Shown here: piece after piece, positions 37,079 to 50,566 of the stretch
Position numbering within the stretch: the first letter of the stretch is position 1
Layout of the letters: every line of letters starts with the position of its first letter
DNA from: Zygnema circumcarinatum SAG 698-1b
Lineage: Eukaryota > Plantae > Zygnematophyceae
Assembly: GCA_037447605.1 (NCBI GenBank)
Contig: CM074807.1
Location: 2,924,327 to 2,988,326 of the forward strand
DNA: 64,000 bases
Direction: 5' to 3'
Program-made: the position numbers and the translations under genes
The notes under the pieces: model-generated
The model's database searches: none
The model's input: the letters and a program-made list of their open reading frames with translations, nothing else
What the model was told of the DNA's origin: nothing

Positions 37079-39206
37079 AGAGACGGAAACTCAGCAATTT
37101 AGCGCAAGGCTTAAATAGCAATTCTTAACGATGCTAACTTTGTGCGCTCTTACATGGCCGCGCTGAATCAGAGAATCGAGCATCGAGCTCCCAATGAGGA
37201 AAAAAAGGTTATGCGAGATTCGACCGCATCAAGATTACGACTGTGATTCGCACATATTCCGTTGGGGACCTCAATTCAGGAAAGCTCCTGTGCAAAACTA
37301 GGCTCTGCGTCCTCACCAGGGAAACAGGCACTTTTGACGAGGATATATAATGAAGTTTTGTGCCTTATGTAGAAAGAGTGGGCCTTTGCGCCATCAGCGA
37401 TCATGTAAGCTGAAAGCACGTTTGACTTTTGTCGAAGGCCTTATCCGCCCTTCAATTCTTGCTCGTACAGCTACGGCTGATCTGCACGAGCCTAGTGTAA
37501 GTGCCTCTCTTCCATTTCCTCCGCACTCAGTGTCAATCTACACGCATTGTCATACTCGAATACATGCTGTCAGGGAAGTTCGTCAGGCAGACAATGCATG
37601 TGACCATGGCCGAGCCGCAACGAGCAGGTGCGAAGCGCAGCAATGAGCGGACTCACCCTCTGTCTGGCTGCTGCTCACATTCAAGTTTCGAACAACGCAA
37701 GCGTGCTACCAACGCATCCTACTATTGCAACATAGAGGTTATTTGTGATATGTGCTATCAGAAATCCATTTTGATTAGATTCTCTTGTCTTCTTCTTCTT
37801 CTGCTTCTTTCTTTCTTTTACCCCTCTCTCGGGGCTTCAGTGCTATTCGGTACAGAGGCCTTATACCTGCCCTTTCGCACGCAGGTCTGCCACGCGTGAT
37901 ACCAGCACTGGCACTATAGCAGGTCCTGGCTAACCATTGGATTTGAATGGTTACAACAATGGCAATAACCGAGCAGCCAAATCAAACATTGACAAGCAAT
38001 AGCTTGGCAGCGTTTTGCAGATCCTTTGGTTCAATCTATGCACTACCAAAATTCTGTAATGCCATCGCTCCTGTCTACGTCAATAATAGCAGCCCTTATA
38101 AATGCTACCCATTTGGCGCACGAGTGTTTGGTTCGTAAGTGTGTGAAGCTAAAAAAGTGCGTATTGCTTCACTCGGTCGAGTCCATGAAAGAGAGGGCAC
38201 CCCACGCAGCTGTGAAGGAGCAGCCCGTTATAGGAAAGCACCCGTGCAGTTGGAGGTTTAGCATCAAGACAGTCGACAACGAGACCTTGTGAGAGTCAAA
38301 ATCGATGGTATGATGGATGATGGTATGCACGTCCTAAGCATCAATTGAACTATACTCGTGGTCCGCCGAGAAGCATTGACAAAACGTGGAAGCGGTACAT
38401 AGGGGTTTTCAAAAGGCTAACTAATCTAAAGCAACCAACAAAACCCTAATGCTTGATCAGAGATCACCTGTTCTCTCTCAGTCCTCAACATGAACTCGAA
38501 AAAACACAACTTCCACGACACCTGTTTACTCGATGACAAGTTCAATTCGATCTCGTCCAGCTTCATTCTGCTGCTGTTGGGCTGGTAGTTCACAAACAGT
38601 TCTAAGCTTATGAAACGCTAGTTTAGTGGCAGTGGCGTTTTTTCATGTATTCAACTCGACTGAAGAGGACGTATGCTTGTAATAAGTGTTGATTTTGGGC
38701 CTTGCATGCACGCACGGCAATTGAAGATAAAGTCGGGGAGCAACAAACATCGTCAATCAGAATGATGCGGCGCACGACATGTTCCGGAGCTGTTTTGGAT
38801 GACCATTTATCCTTGAGAAACCAGCAAACATCTGAACTTCCCCTTCGCTTGCGAGAACAGCGTGAGTTGCCGTCACGACGATTAGCATCTGCACTGTTGG
38901 CGCGTGAATGCTGAACTTCACAGCAGGTGAAAAGGTCCCATAGCAGAGGTGCAGCACTGCGCTGCTTGACCAAGGCAAAAAGAGACTTTGTAGCTTCCCA
39001 ATTCCAAAAATTACAGTCGAATGGAGAAAATGACTTCAACTCTACACACAAAGGTCCAGTGATTGACACTTGCCGGTGCAGACAGAAAAAATATTCCTCC
39101 GCACTGGAACGTAGGGATCGCACAGCATCATTGTCAATGGGCGGAAAGGGAAAACCTGATTTTCCTGTTTTGTCTGCATTCCTAACGACCTCCATGACAG
39201 GGTGGC

Positions 39207-41769
39207 TTAGGCAGCCTCTTCCTGGAGCTGCAAGTCGAACTGATATACACCTGAGACAATCCCCCAACTCCAAGAGTCAACATATGCACCTCACTGTGGA
39301 CTGACAAAATGTGCAACAGAAAGTAGGCATCAGGATATTGAGGCTCTGACAATTATAGTACTAATAAACGAAAAGCCGTAACAAAACTCCTGCCAATGTA
39401 AAGAGTGTTTGCCAAGTGCGAGCGAATGAGAAAAAAAGCTGATTCCAGAAAGGTACGCCTTATACATTCCTCCAAAAGAACAATTCAGGTCCAGGTGCCA
39501 GGGCTCACCGAGGCCTTTCCCCACGCGACGAAGCTGGGATACCATCTCCGACACTTTCTTAATATCTTCCACCTACAATATTCCACAGAGCAGTTTAAAA
39601 AATGGAAATTTATCCAGATGGCTACCATTGTAACTTGGACAAAAAGCTATAAAAATAGACTGGAGGCCATCCACTACAGCTTAACCTAAACCGACTCACA
39701 CCAATACATAAGTCTGTGTAGCTAGCAAGAAGCATCACTGGCAAGTTGAAGGCTGACAACCAACTTGCAACTTAAGAGAACGAAACATAAGCACCCCCCC
39801 AACAAAAAACCCAAACGTCTCGCAATATACCTGCTCAGCTAGAAAATCATCAACAAAATCTTGAAGCTGTGCGTCATTGTTTTCCTCGGCCACCTGAAAC
39901 AACCAAAGACAAGTATTACTCCTAGACGAGGCTTGTGCGAACCTCAGTGCCAACTCTCCAAGCTTATATATTTAATGGCACGTTGTCCTTGGAACAATTT
40001 GATAACTAAACTTGAGGGAAACGTCAGTGAAGGTCAGACAACTGAGGCAAACCGAAGTTAAACTTGTCAGTAAGGTTTAGACCCACATGTCCAAGGATGA
40101 GCACCATTGCCTACTTCCAGCTGTTATAAAAGCGTTATGACTGTGGAGTTTGGGGGTCCAGACAAACATAGGGCTACTTGTATGGGAATGTATGCCCTTA
40201 CAACGTGTAGTTGGAGCAACTTCTCATTTGTCAACTTCTCCAATGCAAGCACGAGTTCCATGGCTGCACCAATCCCAATTAAACTCCAAAACCCTCTTAA
40301 ACTCTTAACTTGTCAGACAAAACCAGCAATGGTTTACAGCAAGCACTTTGCTCTGGGGTCATCGTTCCAGAAATCATCAACAACGGTGCGAGCCAAAATC
40401 CATGACATACCCTAGGATAAGGTTTACACGCTTCAAATACTACCTTTCAAAGCTCTCAATTACTTTTAGCAAGTTAGAAAAGAAAACGAGAACAAAAAAA
40501 AACTGGTGTCCGTGTTGACCACCACCAAATCTCCCCTTCATCATAAATGTGCGCTCTCAACACTCCTGTGTGAATAACTCCCTGAATTGCTTCAGTGTTC
40601 AAAACTCACCAAACAACGCATCCCCTTTTTCTGGATGGTCAAACTCAGTCATATCAGGCGTCATGATGGATTGGAACTTCACTTTTCCTCCTCTTTTGTT
40701 CTGCAAGACATGTTTGCACCACCCGTTCAAGATTTGACCGAGTCTAAAAAACCCTAGAAAAAAGGTGCACCAAGTGGATGCTGAATTTATCCCACTTCTA
40801 TTGTAAGAAGCAGATGCTCTCTTCTACTCAAGTGAAGAAAGCCTCAGTCACACAGTCACCTGATATTCCATAAATTTTTCAGCGTGCCCTCTTTCCTCCA
40901 AACTCGCATCCTTGAAATACCTGAAACCAGAGCCCCCCTCAGTCAAGTTTGAAGTTTGGAATGGCAGTTTTCAAGCTCATAAATAATAACTGGAGCGAAC
41001 ACCATTTGCATGTATGCAGACTATTGACAAGCTCCACTCTGACACCTGTCAAGTTCTATGTGAAATTTGTGAGTTTAATATCACAATCGCTAGAACGAAA
41101 CACTCTGTAAGACAGTGTGAACCGGAAGCAGGAACTTACTTGGCGAAACCTGGAAGCCCTACATAGTCTCGATCAAAATACGCATAAAGAGAGTGATAAA
41201 GGTAGCTCATATTGTACTCCACACTGTCAAGGACAACAGCAACCACAAAATGTCATGGACGATTTACAATAAGAACGCTCATGCTCTTTAGCTGAACGAG
41301 CTAACAATTGCGAAGAAGACGAGCAAATGGAATTACTACATCAGATTCGGATAAACTAGCACTCCCCCTTTTTCCAATAAACTTCTTTCGATAAAATACT
41401 GGTGGCACAGGAGACAAAAACAATAAGTAGGGCGGGCCTTTGCATGTAGCAATCTCACTTTATTTGCTCATTGACAGCTGCTTCACAAGCCGGGTTGTAT
41501 CTCTGTCTTGCATATGTTTGGTTGTTCGACGACGACACCGCTGTGAGCTGACTTTGAACTTCTGCCATCGGCTCAAACACAACCCCCGTCAGCGTTGCGT
41601 CCATAGTCGGTCTCGCCTCTGCTCGGACTGCAACTGACCGCCTCCCTGCACTAGAGAAGCTTCTGCTTCTGCCCCTGCCTGCGGCAGACTGGCAAACGCC
41701 CGCCCTGTCGGCAAACATGCTCGTGCTGAGCTCCAACCCTGCACATGGACGCGCGATGCAGGCCGCCAT
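39207..41769 (-). CDS. FER: Plastid ferritin (8 exons)
   Basis: Transit peptide plus [27 protein letters not shown]|[20 protein letters not shown]..|[20 protein letters not shown]|[18 protein letters not shown]|[20 protein letters not shown]|[19 protein letters not shown]|[22 protein letters not shown]|VYQFDLQL; the 7-intron layout is plant-type. Confidence 0.98.
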
Positions 41770-41999
41770 GGCTACCCTCCCTTTACAACAAACGCCCCTC
41801 TCCTCGTCTACTGAAGTAGCCCTCCCTCCCTCGTTCAAGGCTTCGCACCAAGCCTTCCTTTCTTTTTCTGACCTTTCTAACAAGAGTTGAAACGCTCCGC
41901 TTCAACTCCAACGTTTGGACTCGGCCCAAAAAAAAAAAAAAAAAAAAAAATTGGAGCTTTGACAATCTGCCAATGAGAATACGCCACGTATGCATTTCT

Positions 42000-42340
42000 G
42001 TCCACGTGCCGAGCCGTGATTGGGTGCCATTTGAGTATAGATGAAAAGTCCCCCTTTCCCGGCGGGGGGGTCCAGCGAGGCGCGGCCCCGCCCTGAACCC
42101 AAAGCCCCGCCGGCGCGTGCCCCCCCACGGCCCCGCTCGTGCCACGTGCGTTCAGGCACGTCCGCTGCCGTGCCACGCGGAGGAAATCAACACGTGGCAT
42201 ATTTGTGCCACGTGGCACGCTGAGAATGTTCCACGTAAGCTACTAAATCTGCGTCCCTCCCTGCTGCTACCGTGACCGTGACCGTGACCGTCCCTTTCGT
42301 ACAGTCCTTTCGTACGGGTTGTCTGTACAGGTTGTACGGA
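42000..42340 (-). promoter_or_regulatory. Ferritin promoter with four G-boxes and a GTAC cluster
   Basis: CACGTG at 42003, 42143, 42191 and 42209; GTAC at 42299, 42312, 42325 and 42334; (CGTGAC)n at about 42271-42291. Confidence 0.65.
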
Positions 42341-42946
42341 CACATGATTGTTTGGAAAGGGAGGGCTCGCGCTGGGCTCGCATGAAAGAAAGGCACATGG
42401 GAATGGGACACTGCGAAAGGGTGAAGAGATGGCAGACAGAGGAGATGGAAGCTGGGAGCACAGGGCTGAAACTGCAGTAATTAAAGAAAACATGGGTCTA
42501 TAACCAGATCATTGCCATCAGGACCTCGACAGAGCATGGTGGTGGGGATACATGCTCCAGGTTCTATCGCAAGTTTCAAGCTCTTTTTCGGGGTTTGTAC
42601 GTTGCGGCCGTCATTGGGGTGAAATGGCAATTGACAGACCTCGTCTTAAGGGTCACTCTGAATCGTGTCACTCAATAGAATGGAGCAGAGTCGACGCCAC
42701 TTAATGGAGAGCCGATTGCAGGGCTGTTGACAATGGTAAGCGTGCAGTTAACATACGCAAAAATGCATCACAGACGCACATAAGCAGCAGCGGACATTAT
42801 GTCCGCATCAGTCAGTACAGCAATCGGCAGCCTCTTCTTATGATCTAGTGAATCGTCCAATGGCGCCTCTGTCACTCGAACGATTGGAAAATTTAAGATG
42901 TGTAAATTAAAAAGACGAACACAGTCTCAGGCGCAAGCTCGGCACC

Positions 42947-45600
42947 TTAACTGTCCAAGACTTGTTCCCAATCCTCTGTAAGCTTTGCACTCATCACCAA
43001 ATCCCCTCCCAGGGCCCTGTCCAGCATGGCTTCCAGACCATCCAGACCTGCATGCAACGCAAACTTGCGCCGCTTTGGATTGAGAATGGCTGTGAGAGGG
43101 CCACTCTGCCCTCCCTCCACATCCTCCTGGACGAGCAAAGCCTTCAGCTTGGGGTGCTTCGCAGCGTCAGCCCACACGAACTTGAGCGGATCTTTGGAGA
43201 ACTTTGCCGCCAAAGCTGTCACTTTGTCAACCTGAAAAGTGACCAGGACACTGACTTCAGGCTAGTCGACTCAAATGCTGACAATAACGACTTAAGGAGG
43301 GTAAACGGCACAAACATGGCCGATGAGGAGATAGACACCATTGCAAGTTTATCCAGCTCAACGAGCTCCACATGTCTCAGAGAACCTCTATGAGTCCCGA
43401 AACAGCAGGACATCGTACCTCAGAAGAGTCTCCTCCACTGAGGAGAGTAAGGACACAAAAGCCGACTCCTTTGCTGCAGTGCTGTTGTACATCCGCGGCG
43501 GTTTTGACCTCCTTCAGACCACCTCCTCCAGCACGCTTCGGGCTCGGTGGAGAGCTTGTTTGGCTCTTGCTAGATGCCGTCGTCTGGCCGGAACCGTCAC
43601 TCGCCTTCTTCGACGACTTGCCAGCTTTGTCCTTCTTTGGAAGGGCATACTGCACATCACTCCCCCATCCACTGCTTGAAAATTGGATTCCACGTTCGGG
43701 AAAACAGCTCTACAACCAGTCCCTGCCTCCACTTACTGCTTACCTTGTCACAATTTGTGGAAACTCTTCATAAGGACACCATATGCTCTGCGTACCTTTA
43801 CCAAGAACTTGACCAATGGCTTATGCTTGAGTTCCCCATCATACTTGATGGGCTCCGCCTCTGCCTCCCCCACTGGGTAAACAAGCAGCACAGGGAGGTC
43901 AGCTTCGTCTATATTTCTCTCCTCCAGAAGCTTTCCAGCTCCTTTGGCTCGTACCTCCGCCAATGCCATCCTGTCCTTAAGGTCCAGGGCAAGCGCTTTG
44001 TAGAGGGCTGTCGTGCTACTTTTGGAGGTAAAGAGGACAGCCTTTGGCATATCTGGCACCTTCTCCAAAAACTTGTTGTAGGCGTTGCCGCTGATCACTG
44101 AGACCAAATTCGGTAGCATCGCAATTAGAGCATCGGACATGGCTTTAGCTGAGCGTGCACCATTGTACTGCACATAAGAGCGTATTCCTTGCATCAGCCC
44201 AGGTTCTGAACCGCTGACTTCTTCATAAACAACAGTCGACACACCAATAACCGGCTACATTTTAGTCTGTACAGGAATGGCAAACCGCGTCGGCATAATC
44301 TGACAGGATAGAGCTTTAATGTCCGCCCTGATGGACACTAAACTAAGATTTTTGCCTATGCCCGTATGGAAGTAAGGCACAGACATTTGCTTTACGACAG
44401 GTATTGGTATAATGAGGGCATAATTGGGACGAAAGTGCTCACATCTTCTGGATTCTTCTTGTTGACTCCAAAGATTTTGAGTGTAGGAAATCCACGGACC
44501 CCATATTGCCCACCCACAGATTTGTGCTCGTCCGCATTAATTGCTCCAAAGTGGACAATGCCCTGCACACACTCCCCGCCTTGTTGTCAAGAAATGAAGG
44601 CAGTACATGCCTCTCCGTGATGTGCTCCTTGCACCTAGAATATTTTAAAAATATTGAAGAACATAAGGTAATCTAAAGTGAGTTGTTTTGTTCTGCTCAA
44701 TATAATATTTTTTCCTATGCTTAATATGGTCAAATCGAAAAAAAAAATAACAGTTAAGCAAAGTGCCAGCTTCTAAAACTAGAATGGACCATGCCAATAA
44801 AAACAGCGCCTTGAGGAAACAGTACAATCACAAAACCAAAGCGCGCACCAAGAAGAGCAACATACTAATAAAAACACTATCATGCCCTTGTATTTATATG
44901 AAGCTGCCTCCAAAAAGCACCGTGACAGACCTTACTTGCTGTTGCTGCCTTGATGTAATCTGCCTTCAACCTGGAGCCATGCATTTCCCAATACAAGGTA
45001 CGAGGACGGAAGGTGAAAAATGACAGCACATGAATCACTCACTGGTTCATTACATGCGGCGGCGATCCAGAGCCACACATACACGTGCATCTTCATTTTT
45101 TCACTGTCAAAAATTTCGTATTTCAGCCTAACCATAAACAACATTTCCGAAATTTAAACGATTGCCAGAACACTGCCTATGCGATTATTTCTAGCTTCAA
45201 ATCCAAGCATTGAAACTTTTTTCCGAAAAAAATTGCCTCTTCACCTGTCACAGCTCTTACATTCATCCCTCGTTTTACTTCCACTGTAGCTATTACCGAC
45301 AAGATAGAAAGGCTTCACAACACACAGAACCAGCCAGCTGGCGGCCCTGCGAGACCTGAACAAGAAGCCGAATTTTTCAAGGCGAACATACCTCTGGCAA
45401 TGCCCGCACCAGGGAGCATAGAACTCTATCATCCAGATGCGATGGTCGTCCAGCACCTTGCTCTTCAGGGTTTCTGGAGTAAGCTCCACCACATCAGTTC
45501 CCGTGTAGAAGGCCTCGCCATGGACGCTCCTGCACTGTAAAACCAGCAGAGCCGCGACGAAGGTAAATGCACAAGAGTAGAGCTTCCGCGCGACCGCCAT
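42947..45600 (-). CDS. Protein disulfide isomerase-like protein (signal peptide, one WCGHC thioredoxin domain, redox-inactive b-type domains)
   Basis: MAVARKLY..signal peptide; [29 protein letters not shown]; [32 protein letters not shown]; [10 protein letters not shown]; VLFTSK..LYKALA; KFVWAD; ends QVLDS*. Confidence 0.92.
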
Positions 45601-46524
45601 GGCTTCGTCTTCCTTCCCCTGTTCCTCTCCTCCTCCCTCTACCTCTCCCTCTCGGAAGTGAAATCGAGTCTTGGAGCAAATGCAAATGTGCCCCCCCCGC
45701 CCACCCACCCGTGGTAGCCGCACACTGGATGCTGACGTGGCGCGTGAACCCATCGCTCTGCTGTTTGAACCGCGTCCCAAACTGCCGTTCTATGCTGGAA
45801 AAGAACTGGTCACAGTTCCAATGCATAGACATGGAACGCGGCCAGGAGGCCGGGCCTGCTACCGAGTCCATCCTGTGCCCCTAGCGAGAGGTGGGGCGAT
45901 ATGGCTGCCCTGCCGCCTGCTGTGGCTGCCGCCGGCCTCTTGGAAGGCTTGCCTCTGCTCGAAGAGGCGAGCCTCAAGCGTTTCTTGGCACTGTCAATGG
46001 AGAGCAGGCACCTGCAAAGCTGAAGCTGTATGGAGGCTGGCGTGGCGGCGTTACTCTGCATTGCAGTGCGCCTGCAGAGTGCTTGAGCACTCCAAGCCTA
46101 ATTTGTAAGTTGGAGTGCGTACATTATGCTACAAACACTCGAAAGCTTTGTCTCATGCTCCTGCGTCAGGCTTTTTCTTGTAGCTGGGTAGAAGTTCGAG
46201 TGAACCTGATGTTATGCCTGTTTCGGCGTCTACAGGGCTCATCCACCAGTTCCAGCATCCACCATACTGCCCACAGTTGAAAGAATCTGTGGAATTTTTG
46301 AGGCAGGCCAGGTTATTTACAAAATGGAGGGTGAGTCGATTTTCATCATAGGTCATGTCCTTAGTTTATCTTGTGCGTGTTGCTATTGTAGTTTCAATTA
46401 CTAAGAATAATCCTCGCTCGTTAGTCTGCAGAACCCCCAACCAAGCTGTATGCAGAAACGCAAGTAGCTTAAACTTTTGCGAGTAGAAGTGTGTTTTTTT
46501 GGATTCCTTGATTCATATGTCTGA

Positions 46525-47604
<1,080 letters not shown>

Positions 47605-48978
47605 CTTCTACTGATCGATTCCTGTCCGATTGGCTATTTACCTTACCATTTTTTGCCATTAAAAAAAAAGGGCTTGCAATGTCTATGATGAATTTTGAGC
47701 GGATAGAATCGGAGGGAGCAGCGTAGTCAACGAAATTAATTAGTAGCGACTGCATTATTACCTTATTGCATGAGCAGAGAGTTACTTCATTGGGAAACTA
47801 GAAACTAGGGTTTTTTAGCTAGGAGGGAAGATACCTGCCCTCACTCCTGTTTGCTTGAAGCAGTATAAAAGCCTTTGCTTTTGCTTTGAAATTTTTGAAT
47901 TATAAGTCTTCTATACCAATGCCGCACCATATCACATTCTCTCGTGAGTATGGTTATGGGGCTGACCATGGCTACCGTAAAACCTCCATGCCATACATTC
48001 AAGCCTGGCACTGATTTCCAGCCTTTCTTGGTTAACATACACCTACAGAAGGCGATGGAGGGAGGCAGGCAGGCAGGAGGGAGGGAGGAAGAGGGAAGGA
48101 GAGAGAGAGTGAGCGAGAGTGAAGCAGGAAGGAAAGCGAACAGCAACGAGGGTATAAGGGAGTGGGGGGGGGAGTGAGACGGAGGGGAGAGAGGGTTGGC
48201 AGTATGGATGCTACTCATCCACTACAAAGGGCAAAAGACGTTAAATTGGCACTTGCTACAGACGCCATTTCATCCAAGGCACGGGAATCCTTCGACAAAA
48301 ATAAAAACCATCGATTTTAAATTTTTTAAAAAGTAAAAGAAAAGCGACTAATGAATTTAATCAGTGTGAGTTGACTAACAATGATGGAACTAGGAATCCT
48401 GTTCTTGGATTGGTCATTGACAGTCAGAAATCAAAACATTGGCAAAAAATGATTGGCAATCAAGGAAGTAAACGAGCTGTATCATACTCTTTGTTGGAAC
48501 AAAAATGGGAATGGAATTTCTTCAGCTTTGACACAATCTACAAGGGCTACGAGGGATGCCAAGGTGCTGAAGCTAATGGAAAAGGCAGAGCTTGCAACTG
48601 CAGGTTTTGAGAGCTTCGCAGGGGCAATGCTCCGTATGGGCGATAGAGTCTCAAGCATTGGAGGGAACCTCAGCCTCCGCCATCAGTGGAGGAGTTTGCT
48701 CTTGTTCAGGAAGGGGAGGATCTGCACTCGCGGAAGCTTTTTCATCGCCTTCCTTCTTCTCCTCGTCATGGAACTCGACAGAAAAGAACATGGCAGCCTG
48801 GCCCCATCCATGAGAATGAAGCCTCCCCTCCGCATGTGAGAGCTGGAACAGGCTCTGGGTTCAATCACTCAATTTTGACCAGTACCAACATAGACATGGA
48901 CATAGACATTGGATGGAGCAAAGTCTAGGCTTTATGCTTTGGAGGGTTTCAAGAGTCTCCAAAGAAGGGGGTTAAGGA

Positions 48979-49047
48979 ATGGAAGTTGCTAGGGTTTTAG
49001 GGTCTCCCAGGCTCCTAGGGTTTTAGGGTCTCCCAAGCTCCTAGGGT
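48979..49047. repeat. Short tandem repeat containing TTTTAGGG telomere-like units
   Basis: ctagggttttagggtctccca(g/a)gctc repeated about 2.3 times. Confidence 0.8.
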
Positions 49048-49084
49048 GAACAACATTTTAAAGGAGCGAGGAGAGGAGGTCGAC

Positions 49085-50566
49085 CTGGCCGTAATTTTCG
49101 CCATTCAAATCAGTCAGGGGCCACACTGCACGCGCAGCGAACATCGCGAGGAGAGAGAGGAGAGAGAGGAGAGAGCTCAGAATCACTGCCCATTGGGAGT
49201 GGCCGTCGCCATGGCACAAACGAAGATGGCACAAACTTTCGTAGCCTTAACTTGTTGACTTCTACATGACATCGCTATATTTTGGAAGCAGCCCTTCTCA
49301 TGGGTGAGGCGAGTGACACGTACATACGCCCTCCAGCACTCGAAACTTGCGACCGGCTGGAGTTATCCTCTCAATGCCTTTAAGGTCTGCAGCAGCCTGC
49401 AAATTTCGTCATCTCACGGTGTATTAGGTGAAGAATGGCTGAAAAAGGCATTAACGATGGAGAGCGTGAAGGGACCTTGCCCAGGTCTGAGCCATACAAT
49501 TGCACAATTGCATAATTGCGTGATATAAAATTGCATATATTGCAAGATATGACTCTTGTGGTTCACTACAAGTGGCTGAATAGATGGCAAGCACATGTGG
49601 AGAGTGAAGGAGAAGCATACAGTAAGAGCAGAGGCAAGAAGTTGGTTGCGGTCTGCTTGCTCCTCCTCAGGGGCATATTTTCTTGAGGGCATTGACGTAA
49701 AAGCCGCCCAGTCCACGCCAAAAACCTCCAAGGCAGCTTTGTTTGCTGAGGGCAAACAGGAAGAAGAGCAGCTACAACTTCAGAGTTATCAAATTGACAC
49801 TGGCGAGTTGCAGGGAACAAAAGCTATAAGCTGCAAGTTACACAGAGGATCTTGAAGGTCACTCAGATAATTAGGTCGCAGCAAGAAGGAAAGCAAAGCT
49901 ATAAAATTCCAAATGTGGTGCATCAGGCAATAGTCTCAGGTTCAGCATTACATCTTTCTAACATACACAGAATTTGAAATTAGCCGTAAAATTCATATCG
50001 TACTGACCATAATTGAATATGGGATCATCCTCTGTTCCATGGGAGATGACGGGTTGAGGTAGCTCCCACAAAGCCTTCGCAGCAAAAGGAATCTCAACTT
50101 TCTCTGGAAAAATCTGCTTCCCTGTGCTCCGATAATAGCTACAAGGAGACGAGGCAAACGCTACAAACTGAAGTTAATTGGATGCTCTGAAAATGATGCA
50201 TTTGGTCCTCTGCTGCTTGCCGGAACTCAGAGATATAAAACATGCACCACATGAACAAAAAAAAGGACGGAAAACATGTGCAAATTGACTCCTGAAAATG
50301 ATCAAAGGTCGTTCTTGCAAAGATGGAAAAGAATCTGCGTGGATACCTATCAATGATGGAAAGGGAATGAATTATGATATCTCCGTCGGTGTAAGGTATG
50401 ACGGGAGGAGGAGCTGCCACCTCTGCCTCATTGGCCGCCTTTTTCCCCCCTCCCTTGGACTTCTTTTCCTTCTTGGCCATGCACACTACATCCATCTTCC
50501 TGTTCAGCCCATTTTGATGGTTTGTAAACATCCCTCTACGTACTCTCCTCTGCTCAAAACCTGCAC
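49085..50566 (-). CDS. Stand-alone MEKHLA (PAS-like) domain protein with probable transit peptide; both ends unresolved
   Basis: IIIHSLSIIDRY|..AAKALWELPQPVISHGTEDDPIFNYG|(A)NKAALEVFGVDWAAFTSMPSRKYAPEEEQADRNQLL|..GIERITPAGRKFRVLEG|..WPLTDLNGENYGQ, the MEKHLA signature series. Confidence 0.88.

Noticed and set aside
38623-39273. 216-aa minus-strand ORF after ferritin
   Set aside because: It overlaps the ferritin last exon in another frame and its 3' region; composition is not protein-like; no motif.
42060-42130. IDRS iron-responsive element in the ferritin promoter
   Set aside because: Only a loose GC-rich resemblance; no match to the CACGAGGCCGCCAC consensus on either strand.
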